Source: Haplodiscus bocki (taxonomy: Eukaryota). From it: 64,000 bases of DNA. Shown here piece after piece: positions 36,301 to 48,250 of the stretch. The notes below the pieces were generated by a model. That model was not told the origin of the DNA. It made no database searches and saw only the letters and a program-made list of their open reading frames with translations. Within the stretch, counting starts at the first letter, position 1, and each line of letters begins with the position of its first letter. The translations under genes and the position numbers were made by a program. Location: NCBI GenBank assembly GCA_965655095.1, contig OZ296648.1, positions 30,380,001-30,444,000 of the forward strand, read 5' to 3'.

Positions 36301-39300
36301 ATATCAAATTTTGAAGTCAAGGAACGATACCCGTAATTTCGTTAAGTATTCACTCTATAGAAGTGAAAATTGTCCCTGGAGACCTAAAATGACAAAAGTC
36401 AGCGGGAATTTTCAAAGAACAGAGATGTCAAATGGCAAAAAAGTAACTATTTTGTGAGCCTCACACGTTTCGGCCTCCGATGTGTTGAATGCAGTTGAAA
36501 AGAGCCGCGTTATTTTCATCGTACAAACTCTTGTTAATCACTAATGGTTCGTAAGAACTGTAATTGAAGAAATCCAGCTGCTAGATTTTTCCTTTTTTGG
36601 GTAAAAAATAATCATTACCAAATGACGTTTTTGATTTTCGTAGATTGAAGGAGCATTAACCAATGGGAATTACACCTTGTTATTGGGTGAACAATTATCA
36701 AAACATGAGGAAAAGTTTCTGAAAAACAGCTTGTAGAAGGATTAGAAGTTGCTGCCTATGGCCTCTATGACCGCGACGACCCCGCGTTTCCGTATCGTTC
36801 AAAGTAGTCAGATGTCTGCAACACAAAATCTGGGCGATAATTGCAGATTATGGAGAAACAAGAACTTTACTACAATAATTCAAGTTGCTTTGCACCAAAA
36901 ATTCATTTGATATGGCCGAAGGGTTGACCCAAAATTGATTCCACTTATCGTCTTCTATTTGCAATTTGTTTGCCGATTTTGTGAGTTTATTTAAGAGAAA
37001 CATCGAGCCCGACTTTTCGACAGTTCAATTGCCGGAGCACATTGGTACCCCCTTGTTTCGAAGGAGTTTTGGCAAAGAATGCTCTGAATGGACATAATTT
37101 ACTATTTTTGTCAATGGCGAATGGATTGTATAAAATCCAAATTTGTGGATGTGTGTACCAATTGCTCTAACACAATTTAATCTGGGTCGCGTTTAAATAA
37201 AGTAGTGTTTAGATAATTTTGTCAAGGAAAACTTAAGATTCAACTTTTTCCGACACAATACAGCGGCCCAATGAAAAATTCGAAGTCGCCCAACTGGTAA
37301 TTATAAAAATGCTCGGCATGCAAATGACCAATTAAACATCATGGCCAAGATGACAGCTCTAAACCTGTGGATTTTTCCAAAGATGTTACGTCCTAACAAT
37401 TTCGCTTCCTCAATTTTTCGGGCTGAAGTGCCATGATTCTTGGTGCATTTCACTGGCAAGAAAATGGCAACTAACGACCTGTGATGCGATGGCTGTTGCC
37501 TTTTGACGTGAAGATATTGACTTTTGCCACAAAATGTCAGGAGCAGCAGATCGGAAATTTATCCCAAAAAATACACTCAGCCTCTTAGATAAGACGAAAA
37601 ATTCTGCAATTGAGAGGCAATCCTGATCCCGAGAGTCTTCATCAATATAGGAAGAAATCCTTCCCGAGATAAAGGAAACAGACAAGTTCTAGACTGGTTT
37701 GGGCTTTCGAAGTGTCTCGCATGTCCTTCAATTACTATCGAACGACCCTGCTGGAGGGACCCGAAGTCTTAAAATCTCATCCTTAGGAGAACCAATCACC
37801 GTCGACGAAGCGAAAAGTCTCATTCCTGAGCTTATAGGCATTCAAACGATTCAGACCTGTTACCTCAAAAGAACAAGGTACAATTCTGCTAAATCTGGGG
37901 AATTACATGAGGATAGTCGGTGTCGAAGTCAAGATCCTCCCGCTAAGTTGGGCAAGGAGCCCCAATTTCTTGCAAAAAACTTACCGATCATCGGATGAAA
38001 AAACCACCGCAAACGACGAATTGTTGAAGCATTCCACCTTAGTTCATCTGCTGGAAGTTTTGCCTCGTGCGAGGTGTACTCTTTACTAGAAGGAAGGTCT
38101 AATGGGCATAGTTCAACTTGTAGCGACAGTCAGCCACCCATATCCAAGCCTGAGATATATGACTACGCCAAGGGAAAACACCCCACTTTTGAGATCAAAA
38201 AAAAAGTCAGGAAAAGCACCACCTTCAAAAACTAGTGTTAGAAAAGTTTGAAAACTGATGCGTTTTTGGATCTATTTTACAATGGCCGAAGCGTCAGGCT
38301 TTGTGGAAACAATTTATAGGAGAAACATCTAGGACGATGAAGTTCTCAGATTCCATATGCCCTCTCGGCCAGCCGAAGTCAAGACGTGCAGTGAAGAAAA
38401 CTTTTTACCTGCCATGGTTTTCGTGATGCGCAGCATCTACGGATCTATAATATCTTTACGATATCCGACAAGGAAATTGAAATTGCCCCTGGATCTGCCT
38501 AAATGCAATCTCGTCAGGTTCCTGAAGAACGAAAGGACGTTGTGCTTGGAAGACGGCTTCAAAAAACTGCAATTGTCATCAGCTTACACGGTTGGAAAGT
38601 TTACAGAACACCGGGTTGAGAAATTATAAAAAACTAATAACCCACTCACCAAAAATATTCACACACTCCCGAACCAGATGCTGTCTGGATGCATTCATGG
38701 ACCCATTGGACGAAGTAGTGGATCAATATAAATATCCCTTAAATTAAAAACACCGAGCTTGGTCGACTGCCAGTGACGAAGAAGTCAAGTTATTTTTGCA
38801 AAACCACGGAAGTGAATTCGGAGCTTTCATTGCTAGCCAACAGGATAACATCGACCTCTCTTATCGCAATGGCTAACAAATTATGAAGAAAACGTATAAA
38901 ACCTCGTTATGACGTCGTGTCCGGGAAAATTTCTGAAAACATCATTCAGTCATGAAACTCAGGAACTCAGTTCTAGGCACCCTTCCCCTTAAGGTTTGCC
39001 CAAATCTTCTAAATCGAACAAACTATGTTAAATTGTACGGTCCCAAATTCCAAAAACACATCCACTTTTCATCCCGCTGTACCCAACGCTTTTTACATGT
39101 GGGTTTACAACGCTAGGGAGAAAAGAATTAAAAGGAGCTCAAAAAAAGATAATGGAAAGAGGGAATACAAGATGGGAAAAACAATTGAAAAATTCAAAAA
39201 CGAAAGAAGTCGCCAGAATTCCAGTTTACCAGTAAAACTGATATGTTATGAAATTACTTTGGTAGTTGCAGTAAAAGTTTATACGATATGATACTTTGCA

Positions 39301-41743
39301 TTTTGAAGTGTTTGGGAACTCACAAATTGCCCGGGCAGACATAATTTGACTGTCAAACTCAATAACCCGCAACTGGTCTGTCAATCCACACGATCATGAA
39401 TTTTTGGCATCACAGCTCTACCAAGCTGAAACTACAACCTCCAAATTATCAGATGCCCCCACGCATCCGTTGTTTGTTGAAAATGACGTTACCCAGAGAC
39501 GCCTAGCCGTTTCCAAGTCAACTCAGCTGCACCTTCTTCAGAGCTGAGGACCAACGTTATCCATTATGCCCGAGGACGAGGCACAGGTAGTCCAGGAAAA
39601 GATGCAAAGGAAACTTTCAGGTTCAGCCTCTTCAACAATTGATTTTTTGGAAATCATCATTTTCTTTGGAAAAGTCGATATTGAACATTTAGTACTTTTT
39701 TGGCATGGTGGGTTGTCAAATGAGCAATTTGACAATGTTAAAGAGTAAACGCAAAACTCGAGGCTCCTCCAAGTGAATCCGACCAATCTATTGACATAGA
39801 AACAAAAAACAAGATTCTATGAAAACATATCAGATGAAACCTAAAGTTTGACTCCCTGTTTTACTTTTATTAACAGCAGTATTTCAACATTTCTTCCACG
39901 GGAAGGTAACTTTTTGGTCTCAGAGTAGATTATTACCAATCATCAGGGTTGTGCAGCCTCTTGTTTTAATTCTCAACGTTAAATTTGTAGGATCCCAATT
40001 GTTGCGCCACGTCATCAATCTATAGAAACAACTTCTCTCCACAACCGGGCATGGAGTGTTGGATCTCGAAATTGCAAATGATTCGGGGAGAAGAGGATTT
40101 CCCGTGGTCCGGTACTGGATTTTTTGTTGATTTGTTGTCCCTCATAATGTCAATAGAGCACTGAAAAGTTTCTGTTACATTCATTTTGAAATGTCGTAAA
40201 GTAGCTGACTTGCTCGTTTTTTAACTTACTACAGTTGGGCCTTGAGCATTTCCTTTGTCCGTAGCTCAGGGTCAGAGGTCATGTGACAAAAAGGCATATG
40301 AAATATTATCGCTAGGCTGTTATGACCTTCGGAAAGTCACGGATGCTTCTCTCACTAGTCCAACATTGCTCGACTAATTGGTTGCAATTATGGTACCGTA
40401 GTTAGCTCCACTGTGACATAGGTTTCCCAATTGTTTTCGAAACTTTGAACGAAAAATCAGAAATGGCTATCCGGCGCCCGACCAGCGGTATCAGGAAAAT
40501 GATTTTTTTTTCAAATATTGTCATGACCTACTTCGTCATGAAATTGTGTTCCTGCAGTGGGGCTAAAACAAAATGCGAACAAGACTTCACTCAATTGTTT
40601 TAGTTTAAGAAAACATGTCATATCTTGCAACAATCAATGCAAAATTATCATTTCATGTTAAAATTTGCGATTATGCAATTTTTCGAAATTGGGAACAATA
40701 AAGAAACGAACAAATATATTTCCAAGCGCATCATGCAGTTTGAATTGATTACCATAGCGTTGGCAAACATAAAACATCTTCGATTCTGTGGGATTTTTGC
40801 TGTACTAATTAGAAATTTAAACTAAAAATTGTAAATAAATTCGCACAATGCTGAACTGGAAAGTAAAGAGTTGCGGATTGGCATGCATATAATGTGCAGA
40901 GTGGGATGCATACATATATGTAATTTCATGCCGTGAATACTACATAAATAAAAAAAAACTTCAATGCTAAGTTTTGAAAATACATTTGTAAATATGTATG
41001 ACTGAATAGTTTTCTATAATAATTCATATTCCGTTAAAAAAGAAAAGCTGTGGTCGTGGTCACCATATGGACAGTGTCTAAGCGGCGAAAAGTCAGTTAA
41101 TCCAAAAATGGGGTCTTTTCCGTTGAAATTGTGCAAAAGAAATTAGAATGCATAGCAACAGCTAAATCCAAAATTGGTCGCCACAAAAAATTTTTAAATC
41201 TGAGCAATATTCATTCAATTTGTGACATTCTATTCGGTTACGAATTTAAATCGTTTGTATGGAAAAGGAGATACTGGATACTAAGTAGTGTGAAATATCA
41301 GAAATTGCCTGACCAGACAAAAACCAGTTTTGACTATTGCCTATTAGGAAAGGCGTAATGAAAAAATTTGTGTCAAATAGTTGTCGGTAGTTTTTTGAAT
41401 CATTTCAAGCTGAAAATGATGCACAGACTCATGATTTTGGCAAAATTTGTGGCATATTTTTAATACCCTTACTTAAAATATTGGCCTTTCTATATTTCTA
41501 GAATAGGTCTACCTTAATAAAGCATTTGGCTCGGGCATTTTTAAAGTAAAAAACAATGTACATCAAATTTTTGAATAACCTAGTCGTTTTATTTTTCATC
41601 CATCCAATAAAAAGTATTTTCTATTTTCTTAAAATTTTTCTCATCCGCCAAAACTCCGATCGTTTTCACAGTGGATAATTCAACGTATTCGCTTGTGTTC
41701 ATCAGCAAAACTTTCTAAATGTTATTTTTGGACGAGTGATCTT

Positions 41744-42184
41744 TTAGCCGCTTGGGTTTTGATTTACATCTCCGGCAGCACTTTTCGCTTTGGTGATGAG
41801 AGCATATGTCAAAATGACTGTGATTAAAAAGAAGGTCACGGCCAATATTCGGTCAATAATCCTCGTAAGGTATTGCCACTCTTGCATGGCAATCGCATCT
41901 TCGTCTTCATCTTCGTATCGCGTAATCAATTGCGTAATTTTGTGGTCCAGTTGCTGAAGCGCGGGACTCGGATGAGTCCCTGGGTCCTTGCTACCGACTT
42001 CTTGCTCTTCAGCAGAATTCACGGCTGCCGCAGCTCCGTTATTCACAACGTCATAGCTTTTGCCAGAATCAAGTTTGGATTTATCTTTCGAGCTGTTTTT
42101 CTCTTTTTGACGCTTCTCTTTTTCACTCTTGTTGACTCGGCCCAGAAGTACAAATGGAGCCAACAAGTCGAACATTTGCTTAAC
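41744..42184 (-). CDS. Cys-loop receptor last exon (intracellular loop and M4); nAChR-like non-alpha subunit
   Basis: EWQYLTRIIDRILAVTFFLITVILT, stop at 41744. Confidence 0.93.
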   Translation of the reverse strand, partial: VKQMFDLLAPFVLLGRVNKSEKEKRQKEKNSSKDKSKLDSGKSYDVVNNGAAAAVNSAEEQEVGSKDPGTHPSPALQQLDHKITQLITRYEDEDEDAIAMQEWQYLTRIIDRILAVTFFLITVILTYALITKAKSAAGDVNQNPSG

Positions 42185-42611
42185 CTATCAAAAATGGAAA
42201 TTTTACGTCATTCAAAAACTTTAACCCTGTTTGATATTACAGAGATAGACTTAGCGTTCCTACTGAGACAGAGATGGGCCCAGATTTAACAGGAGTATAT
42301 TTAAACGGGTCCGGAAATGGGTCCAGAGATAACTTATTACGGTCCATTTACATATCGTACAGAGTTTTCATAAGGCTCAGCTGCGGGTCTTAGTCAGAAA
42401 TTCTATGTAAACACTCAGAGCACTCGATTTATTTAGGCATTTTTTAAAATTTTAGATTTATGTTTTTTGATGACCATTTTATTAATCATCCGAGGAATCA
42501 GCCATTAATTGGTTACTTTTCCTTGTTCTCCTATTTTCCTATGTTAAAGGAGGTGACTTAATTAGTATGTTATTACTTTTGTCCGAACGTGGATAAGTCA
42601 ACCACACTTAC

Positions 42612-42721
42612 AATTTTGGGAGGGCGCCGTGCATTCATGTGGGGGTTATGAAAATTGAGCACAACAACGGTCATCACGAGGGAAACGGCCACCATGGTAA
42701 TCGCCATCAAGTAGTAGCTTC
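42612..42721 (-). CDS. Cys-loop receptor exon (M3)
   Basis: SYYLMAITMVAVSLVMTVVVLNFHN; 110-bp exon, phase 1/0. Confidence 0.95.
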
Positions 42722-42804
42722 CTATAAAGGAAACCAAATATTGTAATGTGACGTCAATTCGATGAATTTTATAAACAGACATGATTAAGACACAAGAAAT
42801 TAAC

Positions 42805-42950
42805 CAAGAATAGGAGTTTCGAGGGAAGTGGCGGGCATCATCTCGCTGACGAGGAGCAGGTTGACACAGAGGGCGAGGAAGACTGTTATGGCCAGACCTA
42901 TTTTCTCTCCACTCTCAGGGGGCAACAAAAAGGTGAGGGATGCCAGCAAA
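42805..42950 (-). CDS. Cys-loop receptor exon (M1-M2)
   Basis: LTFLLPPESGEKIGLAITVFLALCVNLLLVSEMMPATS; GEK motif of cation-selective channels. Confidence 0.95.
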
Positions 42951-43427
42951 CTAACAAATTAATCAACAATTACGATTACATAGAAATGGTTAGTATTTGT
43001 AGCATATCGTTGGATAAGTGCAAAATTGTTACGAAAAGTAGTTGATAACTTTTTGCACATAATTTTTGTTTCAACTTCGAAACAAAAGTCTTCAAGATAG
43101 GGATTTTAAGATGTTACTAGAATAAATGAATGTCATTAGTGGAATTCTATCAGGAGTAAGTAATTTTGGGCATGCTTTAACATTTTAGGCATAGTTTTGC
43201 AATACCCAAACATTTCACGTTTCGTTTTTTTTTCAACTAAAATGTAGGTCTCAATAAATAGATCTTTCTGAGGAATGGGCTTTTTGACCCCAATTTAATT
43301 TTTGTACAACTGTTACACACTGTTGGTATCTGATCGTTGCATCAAATAGTTCTCTCAAGGTATCGAATTATCTTTCAAAAACAGATAAGTTTTATCGATG
43401 ACTTTTTCATGACGACGAGTTCTGTAC

Positions 43428-43592
43428 CTTATCATAGCAGTGGGGATAACCAAGTTCTTTTCATAGAAGAGGGCTCTTCGAGTAATGTGCAGCTGATAGA
43501 TCACATCAGTGTAGAACTTTCCTCGGTATGCCACTTTGTTGTTTCTGGCAGGAGTATCTCCCAACACCCATTCTCCATTGATTGTGAAAACT
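43428..43592 (-). CDS. Cys-loop receptor exon (loop C, pre-M1, start of M1)
   Basis: FTINGEWVL...YTDVIYQLHITRRALFYEKNLVIP; canonical splice sites. Confidence 0.93.
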
Positions 43593-44071
43593 CTGCAAAA
43601 ACTTACTTTACAATTTAAAAAATATGGCAGTGATTGTAAAGGTCAAGCTCTGTAGTTTTTGAAACCCATTATTGTTGTGCGTTTTTAATTAAGAAACTCC
43701 GGAGAGGAATTCAAGTTTCGCAAAAATATGTTTAACTTATTTTTTTCCATGAATTTGCTTTTTGGCGAAATTCCTTAAAATTCATATTTATCTTGAGCAG
43801 CACTTCATAGTTTTCGCTCAAGTGATTCTTCCTACCTTCAGTTGTAATTACGACAATTTCTTACAGGAATTATTTAGCAAAATCATGTATGCTAATAACA
43901 ATTTTCTCTTCTTGATTAGCACCTTCTCATTTTGCTAAACAGCATTCATTTTTACTCATGTTACTTATTCAACCACTAATATTTCAGAAATGCGCTGAAA
44001 TCGGCTCGTTGAACAATCGGTTAACTGAGCCGTCGGCGTGTTGATACGTCACGAAGAAGTGGCACCCTTAC

Positions 44072-44176
44072 CCGTCATCAAGTTTCCCTCGATCATTCGT
44101 GACCTCTATTTCCGCGGCTGTGTGAATCCACGACCCAAACTTCAGCGAACAAACTTGACTGTCGTATGGAAAATGT
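44072..44176 (-). CDS. Cys-loop receptor exon (rest of Cys loop, loop B)
   Basis: HFPYDSQVCSLKFGSWIH; completes C-x13-C. Confidence 0.93.
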
Positions 44177-44479
44177 CTGAAACAAAGTCCTGTATTAATT
44201 GAACTCATTCAAGCTAATTTTGTCTCCGCTTTATTTATTACAACCAGTGTGTCCAACAATTTCATTAACCTCATTGCGCCGAGGACAAAATTTTTGGACA
44301 AGTAGAATTTATTGATGTGCGGAACTATTTTTAAACTACACTTCGAGCAATGGCAGATTCTTTTTATTTTTGCCACATATTTCTAAATATGTAAGAAAAA
44401 TTATTCATTCAGTAGGATCATTTTTCTTTTTTCTCATTGTATTTTTGCCCACTCTTTTAATTAGAAAATAAATCTTGAC

Positions 44480-44650
44480 AGTGAGGTTAGGACAAAAATT
44501 TCTCAAGCACAAGGACCGGGTTCGAATTTCTGACATACCATATATCTGTATAGCTTCACTGACAATTGTCAGAAATTCCAATGTTTTCCATGGCAGAGTG
44601 GATAGAACAACAGGGTTCTGAAGCGCTAGTTTAGGGCTCGAATCGCAGCA
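44480..44650 (+). repeat. Degenerate tRNA-derived SINE-like heads
   Basis: B-box-like GGGTTCGAAT (~44518); A-box-like TGGCAGAGTGG (44590) with GGCTCGAATC (~44635); no full cloverleaf. Confidence 0.3.
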
Positions 44651-46899
44651 TTTAACTATATATTTTCACATTATTGGTATAGTTTTGAATTTTGAGGATT
44701 GTTTTGTTTCTATCTCCTTCGAAAATATTATCCTCGAAGAATTTTTAGTCGGTGCTTTATGAAAAAAAAATGCTGACTCTTGTAGGTACTTTGTGTTTTT
44801 CTAATATTATTATTTTCAAGATCACAACGATTTCTCCATTTTTTCCGTAATTGTTTCCAACGGCATATTATTTTAAAGCATGCAAGTACAGTCTATGCCA
44901 TGCCCTAGCAAGCACTCACAAACAGCAAAAGATCCCTTCCACAAAATTTTTTGGTACTGTGAGACAAAAAAAATCAACAGAAATTGTGATAATCCTCTAT
45001 CGCATAGTTTTTCGATACCAGAAACTTTCAGAAACACCAAAACACCAAAAAAGCCAACTCACGAACTTTTTCTCGGAGAAAAAAAGTTTTACAGGTCTTT
45101 TTGCTATAGCTCCAATTAAGTTTGACCAAAATTGTTCCGCCCGACAAATGGGCAGCGCCAGAAATTTCCTGAAAGACCAGAAATTTCCAGAAAAAAACGA
45201 ACGAGCTCCCTTACTAATTTTCCGGTTCTGTGATACTGTGAGACAAGAAGTTTTTGAAAGTTTTGGTGGTACCCTCCTATGATTTAACCGAAGCTTTTGT
45301 GCCAAACAGATGAGATGAGCCGCGTCAATTTTGACTTGTTCTCAGCTTGTTTTATTTTCTGTTCTCAAGTTTTCCAAAAGGAAAGTATTCACTTCATTTA
45401 TACAGTTTTTTCTTTTCCAGAAATTGCAAATGTCACGCAAACTTCGTGTTACAGTTTGTTAGCTTTTTGTAGCCCTAGCTTAGAACGCAATATATATTTT
45501 AAAAGCTGGTTTTATGTTTCCTTAAGTTTTTGTCCACTTTTGATTCTTTTTGTTCCACACTACAGTTTTTACGACAAATTTCAGGATTTTTCTGTTTTCC
45601 GCACAGACTAACTTTTTCCACATAAACGAATCAAGTGAACATGTTCCAAATTTTTGAAAAGGTGGAAAAAAATGACTTCTTGATTTTTGTCAACTACTTG
45701 AAACTTATATTTTGATTTTATATAATGAATACCGTTTGAAATATTTAAACTGTTTCTCTTGAAGAATTTCCTCAGATATGTTGTTTGCGTATCTGGGCTT
45801 GAAACACCAAAGAAAAAAATTTTCGCACATCTTTCCGGGAACACGTAGTTTTGCACGTTGTATAGTCTTTAGAGTTAGACCAGACTTAAAAGACATATGG
45901 TACTTATTTTTCACGGTAATCAAAGTAATTTTTTTCCAAACTGACCGAATGGAACCCTTCCATGAAGGCCACAATCAACAATTTTTGAACAGTAAAAATC
46001 TTTTCGTTACGAAGTACTTTGTTTTGAAAAGATGGCATATGAAACAAGGATAAATTTAATTGAAAAAATTTGGACAGGAAATTTTCTAAATCGAAATGCA
46101 AACCAAAGTTTCTTCAAAATTACCCGCTGATTTGCATCGGAAGACCCGTCACTAGATTTTTTTCACCTTGTAGAAGGTTGTTCATTAAATAGACTTTTGC
46201 TGTTTGACCTTTCCAATAGAAACTCGTGTGAGCGAATTCAGTGAGGTTTCCGTTTACGAATGACAAATTTGGTTATTCAAGCAAAATTTTCCTCAATAAA
46301 ACTGGCTAAAACCCTTCCCTCAATATCCTAACCGACAGTTTCAATTTACGAAAATTCCATCGGAAACATTATCGTCGCTACCGGTTCTTGCATAAATACC
46401 TTTATGGATGATATCAACCACAAAGTGCTTGCACAATTAAATTTCTGCGGAACTCAAACCTAAATTTCGCCAAATCTGCCGGCAACGTTTCTTCGACCAC
46501 TGTCTCAGTCGAAGTTTCACTACTTTCATTTTGCTACTCTACTGTTCAATATTGTCTTTGATTCCTGGGAACAAAAAACTGATACGCGGAAATTGTCAAA
46601 AAGTGCAGATTTGTATGGGTCGTCCCGATAAAATAAACAGACTCGATTCCTTTTAAAAAAAACCTTCTCAATTTCTGCTATGATAGTTTCAGTCAACAAA
46701 TTTTTATCTGCATTACATCGTTGAATGGTAACTTTCCTGGAAAGTGTCACTGCGTTGCAAAATCTATTGACCGATGTTGCCAAAAAATGGAAGTGTTCTG
46801 ATTTTTCCGGAAAAACAAACCTGACTTTCTCAAAAACCAGTTGCTGCATTCCAATCATCAAGGTGTCAGTCGTTTTTTTAATTTGAAAAACGTACGCGA

Positions 46900-48250
46900 A
46901 TGTCAGTTGTTCATTTGTTTTATTTGATTCCCCTCAATGCACTTTTGATAGGCGGAGAATTCCAAAACATTGCACATCCGTATGAAATGTCTTGATAAAA
47001 GAATCAATTTTTTGAAAACAATCGTTTAAATTTCTCAAAACGAAGTTTTAATTGACAATTTTGTAATTGTAGAACAATATTCAATAATAACATTAGGGGG
47101 AAACGTTTTCACTTCGAAAAATCAAAAAATCGAAGGTGCCACAAATGCAAAAGATTTCGATTATTCCAGAAAATAAACCATTTGTTCTCCAAAACTGTTG
47201 GCTATAATTCGTCCATGATTGTATCAATCAACATTTTTCTACTTGTATGAAAATAGTTGAATGCGAAACAAAAAATTTAGCTCTTTACAACGGAAACATA
47301 ATGGGTCAAACTAGCCACAAATTGAAAATTGGTCTTATTCGTTTCGATATTTAAACCCGGTTTCCCTCAAAGCATATGTCTGAATGGTCCTGTCATGGTT
47401 TTGGGCAACAATTTTGTTTCTGTAAGAGATGATTCAAGATTCAATGTGCATACTTTTTTTCATCGTTTTTCCGGAAACTCGTTAGGCCTGAATAGCCAAA
47501 AGTTTTGTTTATGTATGTTGCTTCATTATATTAGAACTAATTTTTTCAAAGTTAACGGCTGCATTTCTTCTTCAAGATGTCAATCGACAACTTTTGAAAT
47601 TAGAATGGTTTTCAAAGGAGGATCATTGTTTTTTGTTCTCAGAGGAAACTCGATTGGCTGAAAATTCCAAAATTTGCATATACATGTGCTGCTTCTTGAG
47701 ATTTTAACTCATCTGGCTGCAAAATTACCGACTGGACTTCTTCCAGCAAGGTCTCAGTGGACAACTCCATACGTGCATAAGGTTACGCGATAAACGTATT
47801 CCGAAATATGATCCCTGCATTAGTACTTTCATGGGCTGAACTTGGCAAAAGTGTGAGTTGTCAAGGCTTTTCTCTATAGTCAAACTCCTTTTCTCTAAAA
47901 GTACTGGCGGGATTTCCACTATCAAGATCTCACAAGAAAGTTTCAATTTTTCAAAAGGTGACTCAGAAAAATATCTCGGGTTTATAATTTTGCTTTGGAG
48001 CCCTGATAACTCGATCTCGATAATGCCATGAATTGTGGAAATCAGTGGTGAAATTGATATTTGTGGAAAGCTTTTGAAAACTAGATTCATAACAGTATTC
48101 TCGTCTTTGAACTGTTTGCAAAAGTTGATCAAAAACTTTGTAATTGGGCAAAAAATATGCCGGTGCCAACCGACCGTTTTGTTGATTGATAATTCGATGA
48201 AATGTAATTCATGCTCAGAGTAAAAATAATGTTTTTCTGATTGATTTATT
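46900..48250 (-). mobile_element. Highly decayed non-LTR (CR1/L2-like) RT remnant in the intron
   Basis: Vestiges resembling YRPISILP (FPQISISPLISTI), KAFD (EKSLDNSH) and C-terminal SYG motifs, in the expected order. Confidence 0.4.
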
